In this document: positions 19,601 to 28,695 of the stretch, piece by piece
Numbering within the stretch: the stretch's first letter is position 1
Layout: every line of letters starts with the position of its first letter
Assembly: GCA_024276655.1 (NCBI GenBank)
Contig: JAJRWU010000135.1
Span: 1-37,719, forward strand
Direction of reading: 5' to 3'
DNA from: Planctomycetota bacterium
Lineage (GTDB): Bacteria > Planctomycetota > Planctomycetia > Pirellulales > Pirellulaceae
Length of the DNA: 37,719 bases
Notes under the pieces: model-generated
What the model saw: only the letters and a program-made list of their open reading frames with translations
What the model was told of the DNA's origin: nothing
Database searches by the model: none
Translations under genes and position numbers: made by a program

Positions 19601-19743
19601 ACGACCTGCCGCACGACGAACTGGAGTTGCGTAAACTTGCCTACCTCCTAGGCTACGCCAACGCCCAAGACCTGCTCACCGGCTGCGGTGCCTATTTAGA
19701 AGAGAACCGCCGCCGCTTCGAGCGATTTTTTGGAACAGCGTGA
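16642..19743 (+). CDS. glnE: Bifunctional glutamine synthetase adenylyltransferase / adenylyl-removing enzyme
   Basis: Two nucleotidyltransferase domains with LGKLGGRELNYSSDIDLIFL and MGKLGGREPNYHSDLDVVFLY. Size (1033 aa) and architecture fit GlnE. Confidence 0.85.
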   Translation: METQTLLEYLDSFARAKPWLQSLGVADLERAHANLVSFSRSGLTTDLAAVLADQLAEHLPGVSDPDMALNNLDRYLAAARNPLSVGALFERDAEALPTLLQILSSSQYLADVLVRDPAGFELVRLTDGAPLAKPVLVDELCAEVIMLDDEAAALLALRRFKHRETMRIAFGDIVRRQNIETVTRQISYLAEAICEAALRFVYKKLAAKRGQPRSDDGSPARFVVLALGKLGGRELNYSSDIDLIFLCEEAGSTDGARPVANSEFFERLARGLIKLLSESTELGAAYRTDMRLRPDGRQGPIVIDWKAALRYYDVKGRTWERQAFVKARPIAGDLELGEMFLSQLEPWVYRRYLNRADITGIKALKRRIEKRNLTEGGEFTDVKTGQGGIRDIEFAIQFLLLLNGGDLQKIRTGNTLEAIERLEQAGCLTMQERTLLTRNYEFLRRVEHRLQIMFDLQTHSLPSHADELRKIALRLGGVDTEHTTALEAFQEEYRTKTAENRKILDHLLHDAFGGEEKIAQEVDLVLDPDPPEHIIQKVLAPYGFSDVPAAYVNLMALADEKIPFLSTRRCRHFLASIAPQLLEAISASPDPDSALLNLSAVSDSVGGKGVLWELFSFNAPSLLLYVQLCATSPYLSHILTSNPGMIDELMDSLVLAKLPSREALERNLAELCQGAEDIEPILHSFKSSQHLRVGVRDILGKDDVQTAHQTLSDIAQVCLAQVARIEYEKLTTRFGRPMLEGGHDPCELIILAMGKLGGREPNYHSDLDVVFLYEAEGQTQPLGAQRADRITTNQHFFSQLAQKITKVITKRGPYGRLYELDARLRPTGKSGALAVSLPEFSRYFSDRRGQLWERQALCKARVVYGSANVQAITMQAVRQAITTQPWTDACRQKIHDMRMRLEETAARGNLKRGRGGTVDIEFIVQMLQLKYARQSPEVLQPGTLAALDQLLKANHISADDHEYLRKAYRFLRSVEARLRLMDTSARHDLPHDELELRKLAYLLGYANAQDLLTGCGAYLEENRRRFERFFGTA

Positions 19744-20084
19744 GAGAGCCGCCGCAAAGTGGCTTAGCCCACTCGCCGCCCGATAAAGCCGCGACGGCGA
19801 TCATGCCTTTCTCGTCGTTCACCGAAATCCGCGCCACGTACACGAGTGTGGGAACATTCCGTAAGACACCCTACCGCAGTGAACTGACCGATGCGAGAAT
19901 CCGCTCGCCATTCATGCATACAATCGGCTTGATACCCTTCGGCATCGCATGGCTCGCGTTCTCTCCGCTGGTGTTGTTGCTTCAAATGTTGCCGCAGCGC
20001 AACTCGAAAACGCATGTGGCTGATTAGCAAGGCAAGACGCCTGCCCAGGATCTGTTCCGTGCAACGGTGTTAGGAGATCTCCGC

Positions 20085-20200
20085 CAAGCCGGAGGCTTTG
20101 ACAGCCATGAGCCGGTGGTCGAGCACGGCGAACACCACCGGTAGGCCAACGCAACGAACGATGCATCCCGGCGGGGATGTCAGTGCCCTTGGAATAAGAA
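20085..20200 (-). repeat. Family-2 repeat, partial copy (one end plus the internal CCGGTGGT...ACCACCGG hairpin)
   Basis: The reverse complement aligns to 15214-15300. The internal part aligns to 33238-33350 (CATGAGCCGGTGGTCGAGCACGGCGAACACCACCGG ... CATCCCGGCGGGGATG). Confidence 0.55.
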
Positions 20201-20500
20201 AAGGGCTGTTTTCCGGGGCCGCCGACAGCGCACCGTCCTTCCCGCGTGGTCCTCTATCTCGACGTTCTTCAGTTCGAGGCTCACGCGTTGGGAGTCGGAG
20301 AACAAAACGGCAACCGTTCACGGCGCTGCGAGAAATTGCGATAACGATCTATCCCACCGATCAAACACCCATGCCAATTGCAAACCGCACCGCAAGGTTC
20401 GCTCGCTCTTTCGGCAGCGTGGTAGTCGGTATTGTGGGCGGCGGCGGCGGCGGTTACTATCTCCGCCGAAGTGTTAAGCATCATTTCCCCTGAGGCCGCC

Positions 20501-21436
20501 ATGTTTCAGCAAACCATTCCCGACGAGCACGTTCTGGGGCAGTACATTCCGTTGCACTACCATTACAACATGCTGCTGGATCAGGCTCGGATGTCGAGTT
20601 TTCGCGATGCGATCGAGTATCTGACGCCGCCGGGCGCCAAAGTCTTGGATTTGGGCGGCGGAACGGGCGTGTTATCGCACTTTGCAGCCAGCAAGGCGGG
20701 CCATGTTTGGTGCGTGGAACGAAACCCCGAGTTGGTTCGGACCGCCCGCCGGCTGATGCGGCACAATCCGTTTGGGCATCGGGTTGAGGTCATCCAGGCT
20801 GACGCAATGGAGTATCTTCCGCCCGAGCCGGTCGATGTTGTCATTTGTGAAATGTTGCACACCGGACTGATGCGCGAAAAGCAAATTCAGGTAATCGGCT
20901 CATTTCAAGAGCGTTATCTGGCGCACTTCGGCGGTCCGTTGCCGCGTTTCGTTCCAGAGGCTTCGTTGCTTGCGGTGCAGCCGGTGGAGCAGCCGTTTGA
21001 ATTTTCGGGGTTTTCGGCGCCCATTCCATTTTTTCAAGACTCGGGCGGCAACCATGAGCAAACGCGAGGGCTCTGCCAACCGCTCGTATACGCCGCGGTT
21101 GAATACGATCGTGCGTTGCCCGAGCGGTTCGAGGGTCGGACCAAGTTCTCCATGGAACGCAGCGGCCAATTGAACGCTTTACGGTTTATTACCAAGAACC
21201 TGCTGGCCTTTCAGGAGTCGGAAGGCTCGGCCATTGAGTGGTCGAACCAGTACCTAGTGGTTCCTCTCCGGCAAACGTTCGACGTTGCCGCGGGCGCCGA
21301 GATTGTGGTCGAATTCTCTTACGGCGCTGGCTGCCAGTTGGAAGAGTTGCTGGATTCAGCCCAAGTGATTCCGCTTTCGCAATGGGGAGCGATTCCCTCA
21401 GACCGCCACACCGCCGCCGAGCGCCGGGCAGCGTAA
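20501..21436 (+). CDS. Protein arginine N-methyltransferase (PRMT)-like class I SAM-dependent methyltransferase
   Basis: PRMT pre-motif I signature YIPLHYHYNMLLDQARMSSFRDAI (YF..Y..H..ML.D..R...Y..AI). Motif I VLDLGGGTGVLS. Double-E loop region VVICEMLHTGLMRE. ATG at 20501. Confidence 0.65.
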   Translation: MFQQTIPDEHVLGQYIPLHYHYNMLLDQARMSSFRDAIEYLTPPGAKVLDLGGGTGVLSHFAASKAGHVWCVERNPELVRTARRLMRHNPFGHRVEVIQADAMEYLPPEPVDVVICEMLHTGLMREKQIQVIGSFQERYLAHFGGPLPRFVPEASLLAVQPVEQPFEFSGFSAPIPFFQDSGGNHEQTRGLCQPLVYAAVEYDRALPERFEGRTKFSMERSGQLNALRFITKNLLAFQESEGSAIEWSNQYLVVPLRQTFDVAAGAEIVVEFSYGAGCQLEELLDSAQVIPLSQWGAIPSDRHTAAERRAA

Positions 21437-21483
21437 AAAGCCGTGGAGTAATGGTTACCGATTATGATGCGGAAAAGCCCGGC

Positions 21484-21512
21484 ATTTTCAAAATGCCGGG
21501 CTCATGATTCGA
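21484..21512. terminator. Palindromic hairpin terminator, family copy 3, shared by the convergent PRMT-like and csrA genes
   Basis: AAAAGCCCGGCATTTTCAAAATGCCGGGCT. Confidence 0.6.
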
Positions 21513-21539
21513 CCAATAAATTTCGCTCGGTACCTACTA

Positions 21540-21719
21540 TTACGAATCGGCTTGCTCCAACCGCCTGATGGCTTCGTAGATTTCGTGGCGATGCACCGGG
21601 ATATCTTTCGGCGCCTCAATGCCGAGGCGCACGTTGTCTCCTCGAATCTCAACAATCGTGATCACGATCTGATCGCCGATCATGATCTTTTGATCGAGTT
21701 TTCGGGAAAGCACCAACAC
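21540..21719 (-). CDS. csrA: Carbon storage regulator CsrA (59 aa, GTG start)
   Basis: The translation VLVLSRKLDQKIMIGDQIVITIVEIRGDNVRLGIEAPKDIPVHRHEIYEAIRRLEQADS aligns along its full length to E. coli CsrA ([48 protein letters not shown]). AGGAGA RBS 8 nt upstream of GTG. Missed by the ORF track because it is under 60 aa with a non-ATG start; the annotated + ORF 21504..21821 is its antisense artefact. Confidence 0.8.
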   Translation of the reverse strand: MLVLSRKLDQKIMIGDQIVITIVEIRGDNVRLGIEAPKDIPVHRHEIYEAIRRLEQADS

Positions 21720-22110
21720 GGGTTGAATCTCCTGGTTATTTCTCTCGTCGCTCAGAAAACAGACGGCTTCGTCTCATTTTTCGGTAGGAGTCGCGGCGGG
21801 GAAACCGCTCTGGTGGAGTGAGCCGGCGTAGCGGCGGGCGTGTAGTCTGGCGTTGAGACGCCATGGCTCCACAAAGCCTTTGCTAGGCGTATGTTACGGC
21901 GTAAGCGAGGATCCGCCCCAGACCGAGTTCCCCCTAGAATTCGCCGCTAAAATGTGCTGAAAACCGATTTTTGCGGCAAGACAGTTTGGCCGGGCGTCGC
22001 TATTTGCATGTTTGTTTCCGAGTATGTGGCCCATTTCACAGTGTGGCGCGGCGAACTTCGGCTAGAACGGGAGGGTGACGTCTCGCTCCGATTGCTGAAA
22101 GAAATCAGAC

Positions 22111-22686
22111 ATGCTTACATCGCTGGTGAAGATCTCGATCGGGCTGTTCGCCTGGATGGGCGGCATTTATGGCGTTCTACAGATCGGAAATCTGCACACC
22201 CGTTGGGATCATGTCGCTTGCGGTCCCTGGGGCTGCGGGCCCACGGTTCCCGCAATGACAGCCTACCATCTCTTCTGGTTGATGCTGCTTCTTCCGCCGG
22301 CGGCAATGGTGGCTCGTGTTCTGCCGGAAGGGCTTCGCGACAAGGCGGGCTGGGTTTTGATGGCCCTGGGCGCGGGAATCGCCTTGGCGGTGGTGGCCTG
22401 GCAAGCTGTGTATTGGTTGCCAATCGGCGGCGAGAACGCGGCCTCCTATTTTGTGCAACGCTGCTTGTTTTCGATGGCCACGCTGATCGATGTCCCGATG
22501 GCGCAGATCTTCCTGGCCGGAATGCTGTTTTGGGCTTGGCCTTCACCGAAATGCGCAAAGTCGCCGTTTGTCGACACTGCGGCAACTGATTCTGCGGCAA
22601 CAGAAGCCCAGCCAGATGTTTCCGAAGAGGCGCCGGGCGTATCCAATCCCACGCCACGCGACTCTGGATCCCACGCCCTCTATTAA
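22111..22686 (+). CDS. Hypothetical integral membrane protein
   Basis: Several hydrophobic segments and a Trp/Cys-rich loop (WDHVACGPWGCGP). No known motif. A repeat element copy sits at its stop. Confidence 0.45.
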   Translation: MLTSLVKISIGLFAWMGGIYGVLQIGNLHTRWDHVACGPWGCGPTVPAMTAYHLFWLMLLLPPAAMVARVLPEGLRDKAGWVLMALGAGIALAVVAWQAVYWLPIGGENAASYFVQRCLFSMATLIDVPMAQIFLAGMLFWAWPSPKCAKSPFVDTAATDSAATEAQPDVSEEAPGVSNPTPRDSGSHALY

Positions 22687-22812
22687 CTAAGCATCGAGCG
22701 GAATATTAGTGTCGTAGCCATGCTCGCCAGAGCGTGGGATGGTTCACCGCTCACCCACCGTCTGGCGACGATGGCTACACAAATGCGACCGTTATTTATC
22801 GAACGGTGCTAA
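22687..22812 (+). mobile_element. ~125-bp hairpin repeat element, copy 3
   Basis: Near-identical to copy 1 and to the reverse complement of copy 2. Flanked by CTAAG and CTAAC. Confidence 0.7.
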
Positions 22813-22829
22813 CCGAACGCCGGATCCGC

Positions 22830-23264
22830 CTACGACAGGTTGCGTATCAGGCTGTGGGTCAGGGCGCTAAAAACGGGTTCGATATCATCGAATTCGCGGT
22901 CTTCGGCCTGGAAAAAGATAGCAAAGGTGCGCTGGCCGGCGGTGAAAGCCCGCACGCCAGCGCGGACGAGAAAATCGAGGCAATAAAAATGCATATCGAA
23001 GCCGGAAGCGTCGAATTGGTCGTATCGCTCGGTTGCGGGTGAAATTTCGACGTCGTCGTATTCTTCCTGGAGGGCTGAAGCAACCTCCTCGGCGACTGCG
23101 TCTTCCTGCATCGGCTGTGGGTAAATATGCACCGCCCAGAGGCCGCCCTGCGGGCTCTGCACCGTGACCGACTTCGGCCAATCCTCCTTCTCTTCCTCGT
23201 GCAATCGCCAGTTCTCGGGGAACTGAAAACGAATGCCTAAATCGTAGTAGGTCGCGGTGGTCAT
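22830..23264 (-). CDS. Hypothetical acidic cytoplasmic protein
   Basis: 144-aa ORF with an ATG start. No known motif. Confidence 0.4.
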   Translation of the reverse strand: MTTATYYDLGIRFQFPENWRLHEEEKEDWPKSVTVQSPQGGLWAVHIYPQPMQEDAVAEEVASALQEEYDDVEISPATERYDQFDASGFDMHFYCLDFLVRAGVRAFTAGQRTFAIFFQAEDREFDDIEPVFSALTHSLIRNLS

Positions 23265-23505
23265 GCACTTCTTCTCTTTTTCGGGAAAACGGGCGTGTCA
23301 TCTTACTCCAGGATGGCAAGCTGGGGGAAGTGGTGCGAACCGCGTTGTTTTTTCAGGCCCAATTTGCTATGGTTCGCCGTCATTTCTCAACTCGGCGGAA
23401 TCGCTCTGACGATACATCCTCCGCATGGACTCCGCACCACCCAGAACGAACGAAGCTCCGCTCGCCCGCCGCCAACGGCTGCGCGTTGGAGTTTGTTCCC
23501 GGTGG

Positions 23506-24405
23506 ATGTCCTTGGGGCGTCTCTGTTTGGGGCGTTTGTCTTGTTTGTGTTTGCTGATATCGGCCAGCGGCTGTATGTCGCTTCCGTGGCGCGCGGCGCC
23601 CGATGATGTACTAGCCTCGCGTCGGCTGGCCAATGAGGGCATCGGTGCGGGCCAGGCGGGCGACTGGGCGGCCGCCGAAACTTTTTTCCAAAAGGCGGTC
23701 ACGGTCTGTCCGGACGATGTCCGGGCGCACGAGCATTATGCCGAATCGTTGTGGCGGCGCGGCGAGCAGCAGGCCGCGATGGCCGAGCTTGAAGAGGCGA
23801 TTTCGCTTTCCAATGGCGATTCCAAGCAAATGGTCCGATTGGGTGAAATGCATTTAGCCCAAGGGCAGATGGAACTCGCCAAGCAGCGCGCCGAGGAAGC
23901 GATCGCGCTGCAGCCACAACTCGCGCCGGCTTGGGCGTTGCGAGGCGACGCATTGCAAGCGATGGGCGAATCGCGTTTGGCGTTGGCGAGTTATCATCGC
24001 GCCTTGAGCTACCAGCCCCTGTTCCCGCAAGTACAGGTGCGCATTGCGGAAGTTTACCTAGCGCAAGGACGCCCGCAACGCGCGCTCTCGACGCTCGATG
24101 CCTTGGCGGCGCAACTTCCCGATGGGCAGGCGTCGTCCCAACTTTGGTTCACGCGAGGACTCGCCCTCAAACGCATGGAACGCTACAACGACGCCATCGA
24201 AAGTCTGCTGGCGGCCCGCGTTCGTAGTGCGGAATCGGTCGATTTACTCTATGAATTGGGTGACGCCATGCTCCTGGCCGGCGATATCGCCGGCGCGCGA
24301 TCGGTCTTGAAAGACGCCCAGACTTTCGACGCCCAGCACCCCGCAAGCCATCAGCTTGCGGCGCAATTCTCCCAGCACGCCGCCGTCCGTCAAACACTGC
24401 GGTGA
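23506..24405 (+). CDS. TPR-repeat lipoprotein
   Basis: Signal peptide with lipobox-like LISASGC. Several TPR units (AHEHYAESLWRRGEQQAAMAELEEAI...). Start at the ATG at 23506. Confidence 0.6.
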   Translation: MSLGRLCLGRLSCLCLLISASGCMSLPWRAAPDDVLASRRLANEGIGAGQAGDWAAAETFFQKAVTVCPDDVRAHEHYAESLWRRGEQQAAMAELEEAISLSNGDSKQMVRLGEMHLAQGQMELAKQRAEEAIALQPQLAPAWALRGDALQAMGESRLALASYHRALSYQPLFPQVQVRIAEVYLAQGRPQRALSTLDALAAQLPDGQASSQLWFTRGLALKRMERYNDAIESLLAARVRSAESVDLLYELGDAMLLAGDIAGARSVLKDAQTFDAQHPASHQLAAQFSQHAAVRQTLR

Positions 24406-24424
24406 AATAATTCGGTAGGATTCC

Positions 24425-24988
24425 ATGGGTGATATATCGGCCCCCAAGCCCGTTCTGTTGGTATTGCCGGCGTTCAGCGCCTCGCGGGCGACGTTGCAAT
24501 GGGCCTTGCAGCGGGCGACGGAAAAATGGGGGCCCCCCGTTCTGGAAAGCGAGTACTTTTCGTTTGACCAAACCAGTTACTACGAGCGGGAAATGGGGCC
24601 TGAACTCAAGAAAGTGATTTGGGCTTTTCCGCAGTTGGTCGATCCCTCGGAACTCGCGTCTATCAAACGCCTTACCAACGATTGGGAGCAGCAGGCCGCC
24701 AGCCGGGGAAGGGCCGTCGGTCAGCAAGAAGAGGCCGCTGTCGCGCGGCCGCTGAACCTCGATCCTGGATTGCTTAGCGAGGCAAAATTGGTTTTGGCCA
24801 CAACAAAGGACCGCGACCATCGTATCTATTTAGGACAAGGCATTTTCGCCGAAGTCACTTTGTATTATCGCAAGGGCGCCTGGCGCTCGCGCGATTGGAC
24901 CTACGCCGATTACCAACGCCTGGAGTATCATCAATTCTTCATGCGCTGCCGCGATTACCTCCGGCAGGTCGGCCGCTCGAAGCGTTGA
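24425..24988 (+). CDS. Conserved hypothetical protein (possibly DUF4416-like)
   Basis: 187-aa ORF lying between the TPR lipoprotein and the WecA-like gene. The family assignment is from memory only. Confidence 0.4.
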   Translation: MGDISAPKPVLLVLPAFSASRATLQWALQRATEKWGPPVLESEYFSFDQTSYYEREMGPELKKVIWAFPQLVDPSELASIKRLTNDWEQQAASRGRAVGQQEEAAVARPLNLDPGLLSEAKLVLATTKDRDHRIYLGQGIFAEVTLYYRKGAWRSRDWTYADYQRLEYHQFFMRCRDYLRQVGRSKR

Positions 24989-25155
24989 AACGGCTGGAAA
25001 AACAGAAAAAGAATTTGATAAGAATGCATACAACCACCGCTCATGCAGTTGAAGATTGTATATTTCCAGTTCATGGAGTTCATCGCCACAATTGCTGACG
25101 GGCCCGCTGCGGCGCGTCGTTTTTTCCCCGGCTCATTTTCCCTCGTTCTTCTTCC

Positions 25156-26307
25156 ATGACTTCATCTGTTCCGCTGTTGTTCGTTCTTGGCTGCTTGGCG
25201 CCTGGAATGCTGATCGCCTGGTTGGCGGGGTTTGTCGTGCGCCGCTTCGCGCCGAAGTGGGGGCTGGTCGACCAACCGGGAAAACGCAAGGTGCATCAAA
25301 CGCCCACGCCCATGGGCGGCGGGCTGGCCATTTGGCTGGGCGTGATGACCGCCTTCGCCGCTGGGCAGTTCGTTCTTTGGGCGGCCGCCACCGAGAGCGG
25401 ACAGGCGAGTTTTGGCTTTGTCGGCGAGATGCTCCCCGACTTTGCACGTCCTCATTTGAGTGGCGCCTGGCAGCAGACGCCGAAATTGTGGGGCCTCTTG
25501 GCGGCGGGCACGGCCATGATGTTTCTGGGCTTGGCCGACGACCGCCTGGGGCTGCACTGGAGCATTCGCCTGGGAGTGCAATTCGGCGTGGCGGCGGCCT
25601 GTGTGTTCTTCCAAGGTTGGCGCCTGACCGCCTTCATTTCGTCGCCCTGGCTGACCGGCGCCATGTCGGTTGTTTGGATCGTGGCGTTCGTCAATTCCTT
25701 CAACATGCTCGACAACATGGACGGCCTCTCCGGCGGCGTGGCCGTGATTGCCGCCTCCTTGTTCGCCACCATGCTGCTCACGGCGCCGATCGAAGCCGGC
25801 GGGCAACCTCAACTATTCGTGGGCGGATTCCTGCTGGTGTTGGTCGGCGCGATCTTCGGATTTTTGTGGCACAACCGAACGCCGGCGAAACTTTTCATGG
25901 GCGACGCCGGCAGCTACTTCATCGGGTTTTCCCTGGCAGCCGCAACGCTCTTGGGAACCTTCACCACCTTCGATTCCGATCGGCCGTACTCCGTGTTCGC
26001 GCCGCTGTGCGTGATGGCCGCGCCCATGTACGATATGATTTCCGTGCTCTGGATTCGTGTTCGTGAAGGACGCAGCCCCTTTGAAGGCGACAAAAGCCAT
26101 TTTTCGCATCGGTTGGTCGACTTGGGCATGTCTAAAAGCAACGCGGTCTGGACCGTCTACCTGACCACCGCCGCCTGCGGATTTGGCGCGTTATTGCTGT
26201 ATCAGGCCAGTCTCGCCGGCGCGATGATCATTCTTCTACAAATCGTTTGCCTGCTGGCGATCATTGCTATTTTGGAATCGACGGCGAGGCGCCACATCAG
26301 GCGATAA
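25156..26307 (+). CDS. Polyprenyl-phosphate N-acetylhexosamine-1-phosphate transferase (GT4 WecA/MraY family)
   Basis: Motifs VHQTPTPMGGG and NSFNMLDNMDGLSGG (the N..D.MDGL signature of the family), in a multi-TM protein. Confidence 0.75.
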   Translation: MTSSVPLLFVLGCLAPGMLIAWLAGFVVRRFAPKWGLVDQPGKRKVHQTPTPMGGGLAIWLGVMTAFAAGQFVLWAAATESGQASFGFVGEMLPDFARPHLSGAWQQTPKLWGLLAAGTAMMFLGLADDRLGLHWSIRLGVQFGVAAACVFFQGWRLTAFISSPWLTGAMSVVWIVAFVNSFNMLDNMDGLSGGVAVIAASLFATMLLTAPIEAGGQPQLFVGGFLLVLVGAIFGFLWHNRTPAKLFMGDAGSYFIGFSLAAATLLGTFTTFDSDRPYSVFAPLCVMAAPMYDMISVLWIRVREGRSPFEGDKSHFSHRLVDLGMSKSNAVWTVYLTTAACGFGALLLYQASLAGAMIILLQIVCLLAIIAILESTARRHIRR

Positions 26308-26309
26308 GC

Positions 26310-28595
26310 ATGGCTCGCCGAAAATCTGAAACCAAACGCGAAAAATCCGCAGCGGTGAATCCGCCGCGAAAACGGCAAACCGCCGCGACGCTCCTCCTGG
26401 CGGCTCTCGTGGCGTTGTTTGTGGCGACGCCTCTGGTTGCCAGCGAAACGGCCTCTGAAAATGGCCACGGCCTGCTCGTGATCATGCTCTGGATGTTACT
26501 CCTTCTGGGCTGGCTGTTGCATGGCGTATTGCAAGGAGGGCTGCGATTACGTTTCGGCCCAACGGAGTGGATGGTTTTGCTGTTCGTGGCCTGGATGGCC
26601 GCCAGCACTCTCGTGATGGACGGCCAAGGAAACGCCCGCGCCGCGATCAACGGATTTTGGCGTTGGGCGAGTTTGGCGTTGGCGTTTTTTCTCACTCGGC
26701 AACTTGTTCGGTCGGCCGAGGCGGTGCGCGCCGTGAGCCTAGTGATGACCGCCTTGGCGGTCGGCCTCTCGATTTATGCGTTTTACCAGTTTTTTGTCAC
26801 GGTTCCGGCCACGCAGCGAATGTTCGCCGACGATCCGGCCGGCGCGATGCGCGCCGCCGGCTTCGATCCTCAAGACGAAGTCGCGCGTCGGATGCTGATC
26901 GATCGGGTCATGAGCCACGAACCGACGGCCACCTTCGCGCTGACAAACTCACTGGCCGGGTTTCTCGCCGCCTGGCTGACTTTTCTTATCGGCCGCACCA
27001 TGTGGAAACCCGAGCGGCGGCGCGGCTGGCTGGCCCTGGGCGCCGCGATCGGTTGCATCTTGATTCTTGGCGGATGTTTGTTGTTGACCAAGAGCCGCAC
27101 CGGCATGATTGCGTCGGCCGCCGGAGTTGTACTGTATGGGCTACTTTGGTTGCGCTCGCTGGGTGATCGGGAAATTTCCTGGCGAGGGCTGGGAGCGAGC
27201 GCCGCGGCGATTATCGTGGTCTGCGTTTTAGGCGTTGGCTTGGCGGTGGCGGTGGGCGGCATCGATCCTTTGGTGATCAGCGAAGCGCCGAAAACGCTGC
27301 AATATCGGCTTGAGTATTGGCGGGCGACCGCCGCCATGATCGCCGAACATCCACTGTTCGGCTGCGGTCCTGGAAACTTTCAAGATTATTACATTTCGCA
27401 TCAGCTTCCGCAGGCCAGCGAATCGGTTGCCGATCCTCATAATTTGTTCTTCGAGGTATGGGCCACCGGCGGCTCGCCGGCGTTCTTTTTTTTCCTGGGA
27501 TTTTTGGTATGCATGGGGCGGCGTTGGCGTTCGCTGGGCGGCGTCGCCGAGGGAGAGCAAGGGAATGAAAACAATGGCGTTCCGGTTGCCGGCCATGAGT
27601 GGGCCGTTTATGGAGGCGCCGGCGCGGGGGTGTTGTTGAGCTACCCGTTGGGTTTGATGGTCGGCTTGGCGCCCGAGGCGTTTTTCTTTTTGGCGAGCTT
27701 TCCGCTGGGAATAGGCGCCGTCGTGTTGTTGCGCACCCAGCCTCTGAACGCGACGGTGCTTGAAACGGTGCTTGAAACGTCGCTGGCGGTGGCGTTTGTG
27801 GTGTTGTCGATCAACTTACTGGCCGCCGGCGGGATTTCATTTCCCGGCGTGGCCGGAAGTTGGTGGCTGTTGGCGGCGCTCTGGCTCAACCTGACCGATC
27901 CGCCCCAGACCGAGTTCGATCTGACGCCCCGCCGCGTGTTGCTAGGGTTGGCGATGGCGACGGTGGGCATGCTGATTTTTTATCGAACTGCTTTCATGCC
28001 CGCGCTCACCGCGCCGGCGATACTCAGCGACGCTCAAGTCGCCGAGCGATTGGGCCAGCCGCAAAACGCCCACAAAGCGTACCAGCAAGCCTGCTTGATC
28101 GACCCTTGGAGCGCGGTTTATCCGGCCCGCTTGGCGAATTTTGCCTTCCGGCAATGGCGGCGCACGCATGCCGACCAAGATTGGGCGGAATTCGAACGGG
28201 CGGCCGATCTCGCGTTATCTCGCAATGCGCGCTCGCGGAGTCTGCGGAAATCGGTTGCGGAAACCTACTTGCAGGCTTACGCTTTGAGTGGCGAAGAGGT
28301 CCGACTGCAACAGGCATTGCAACAATATCGGGTTTTGGCGGAATTGGCGCCCAACAGCAGTTATTCCCACGCCCAATTGGCCTGGGTGCTGCATCTTGCC
28401 GGAAAAAAACGCCAAGCGGCGGACGAAGCCGCTGAAGCACTGCGGCTCGACGCGCTGAATCCGCACGCCGACAAAAAACTCTCCATTTATTCAGCGCCTA
28501 ACTCGCCTCAGCCCAATCCCCAACAGCCCCGTCCTCAAAAGGGGGGCGAAACTCTCGAACAAGTGATGCAAAGATTGCGTAGTACAATACACTAG
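26310..28595 (+). CDS. Wzy_C (O-antigen ligase / O-oligosaccharyltransferase-like) membrane protein with C-terminal TPR region
   Basis: Polytopic membrane protein with LTKSRTGMIASAAGVVLYGLLW and the periplasmic-loop motif DPHNLFFEVWATGG typical of the O-antigen ligase / Wzy / PglL family. C-terminal TPR-like helices. Start 3 bp after the WecA-like stop. Confidence 0.6.
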   Translation: MARRKSETKREKSAAVNPPRKRQTAATLLLAALVALFVATPLVASETASENGHGLLVIMLWMLLLLGWLLHGVLQGGLRLRFGPTEWMVLLFVAWMAASTLVMDGQGNARAAINGFWRWASLALAFFLTRQLVRSAEAVRAVSLVMTALAVGLSIYAFYQFFVTVPATQRMFADDPAGAMRAAGFDPQDEVARRMLIDRVMSHEPTATFALTNSLAGFLAAWLTFLIGRTMWKPERRRGWLALGAAIGCILILGGCLLLTKSRTGMIASAAGVVLYGLLWLRSLGDREISWRGLGASAAAIIVVCVLGVGLAVAVGGIDPLVISEAPKTLQYRLEYWRATAAMIAEHPLFGCGPGNFQDYYISHQLPQASESVADPHNLFFEVWATGGSPAFFFFLGFLVCMGRRWRSLGGVAEGEQGNENNGVPVAGHEWAVYGGAGAGVLLSYPLGLMVGLAPEAFFFLASFPLGIGAVVLLRTQPLNATVLETVLETSLAVAFVVLSINLLAAGGISFPGVAGSWWLLAALWLNLTDPPQTEFDLTPRRVLLGLAMATVGMLIFYRTAFMPALTAPAILSDAQVAERLGQPQNAHKAYQQACLIDPWSAVYPARLANFAFRQWRRTHADQDWAEFERAADLALSRNARSRSLRKSVAETYLQAYALSGEEVRLQQALQQYRVLAELAPNSSYSHAQLAWVLHLAGKKRQAADEAAEALRLDALNPHADKKLSIYSAPNSPQPNPQQPRPQKGGETLEQVMQRLRSTIH

Positions 28596-28624
28596 GATCT
28601 ATTCGAGAGCATGTTTGCCGAGTT

Positions 28625-28658
28625 AAAAGCCCGGCATTTTCAAAATGCCGGGCTTTTT
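28625..28658. terminator. Palindromic hairpin terminator, family copy 4
   Basis: AAAAGCCCGGCATTTTCAAAATGCCGGGCTTTTT. Confidence 0.6.
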
Positions 28659-28695
28659 CAGTTAATAATCCGGTTTACTTTGAAGAAGGTTTACG

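Noticed and set aside
21504-21821. 105-aa + strand ORF from the six-frame track
   Set aside because: It lies antisense to a far better supported csrA (full-length alignment to CsrA, RBS, terminator). No motifs of its own.
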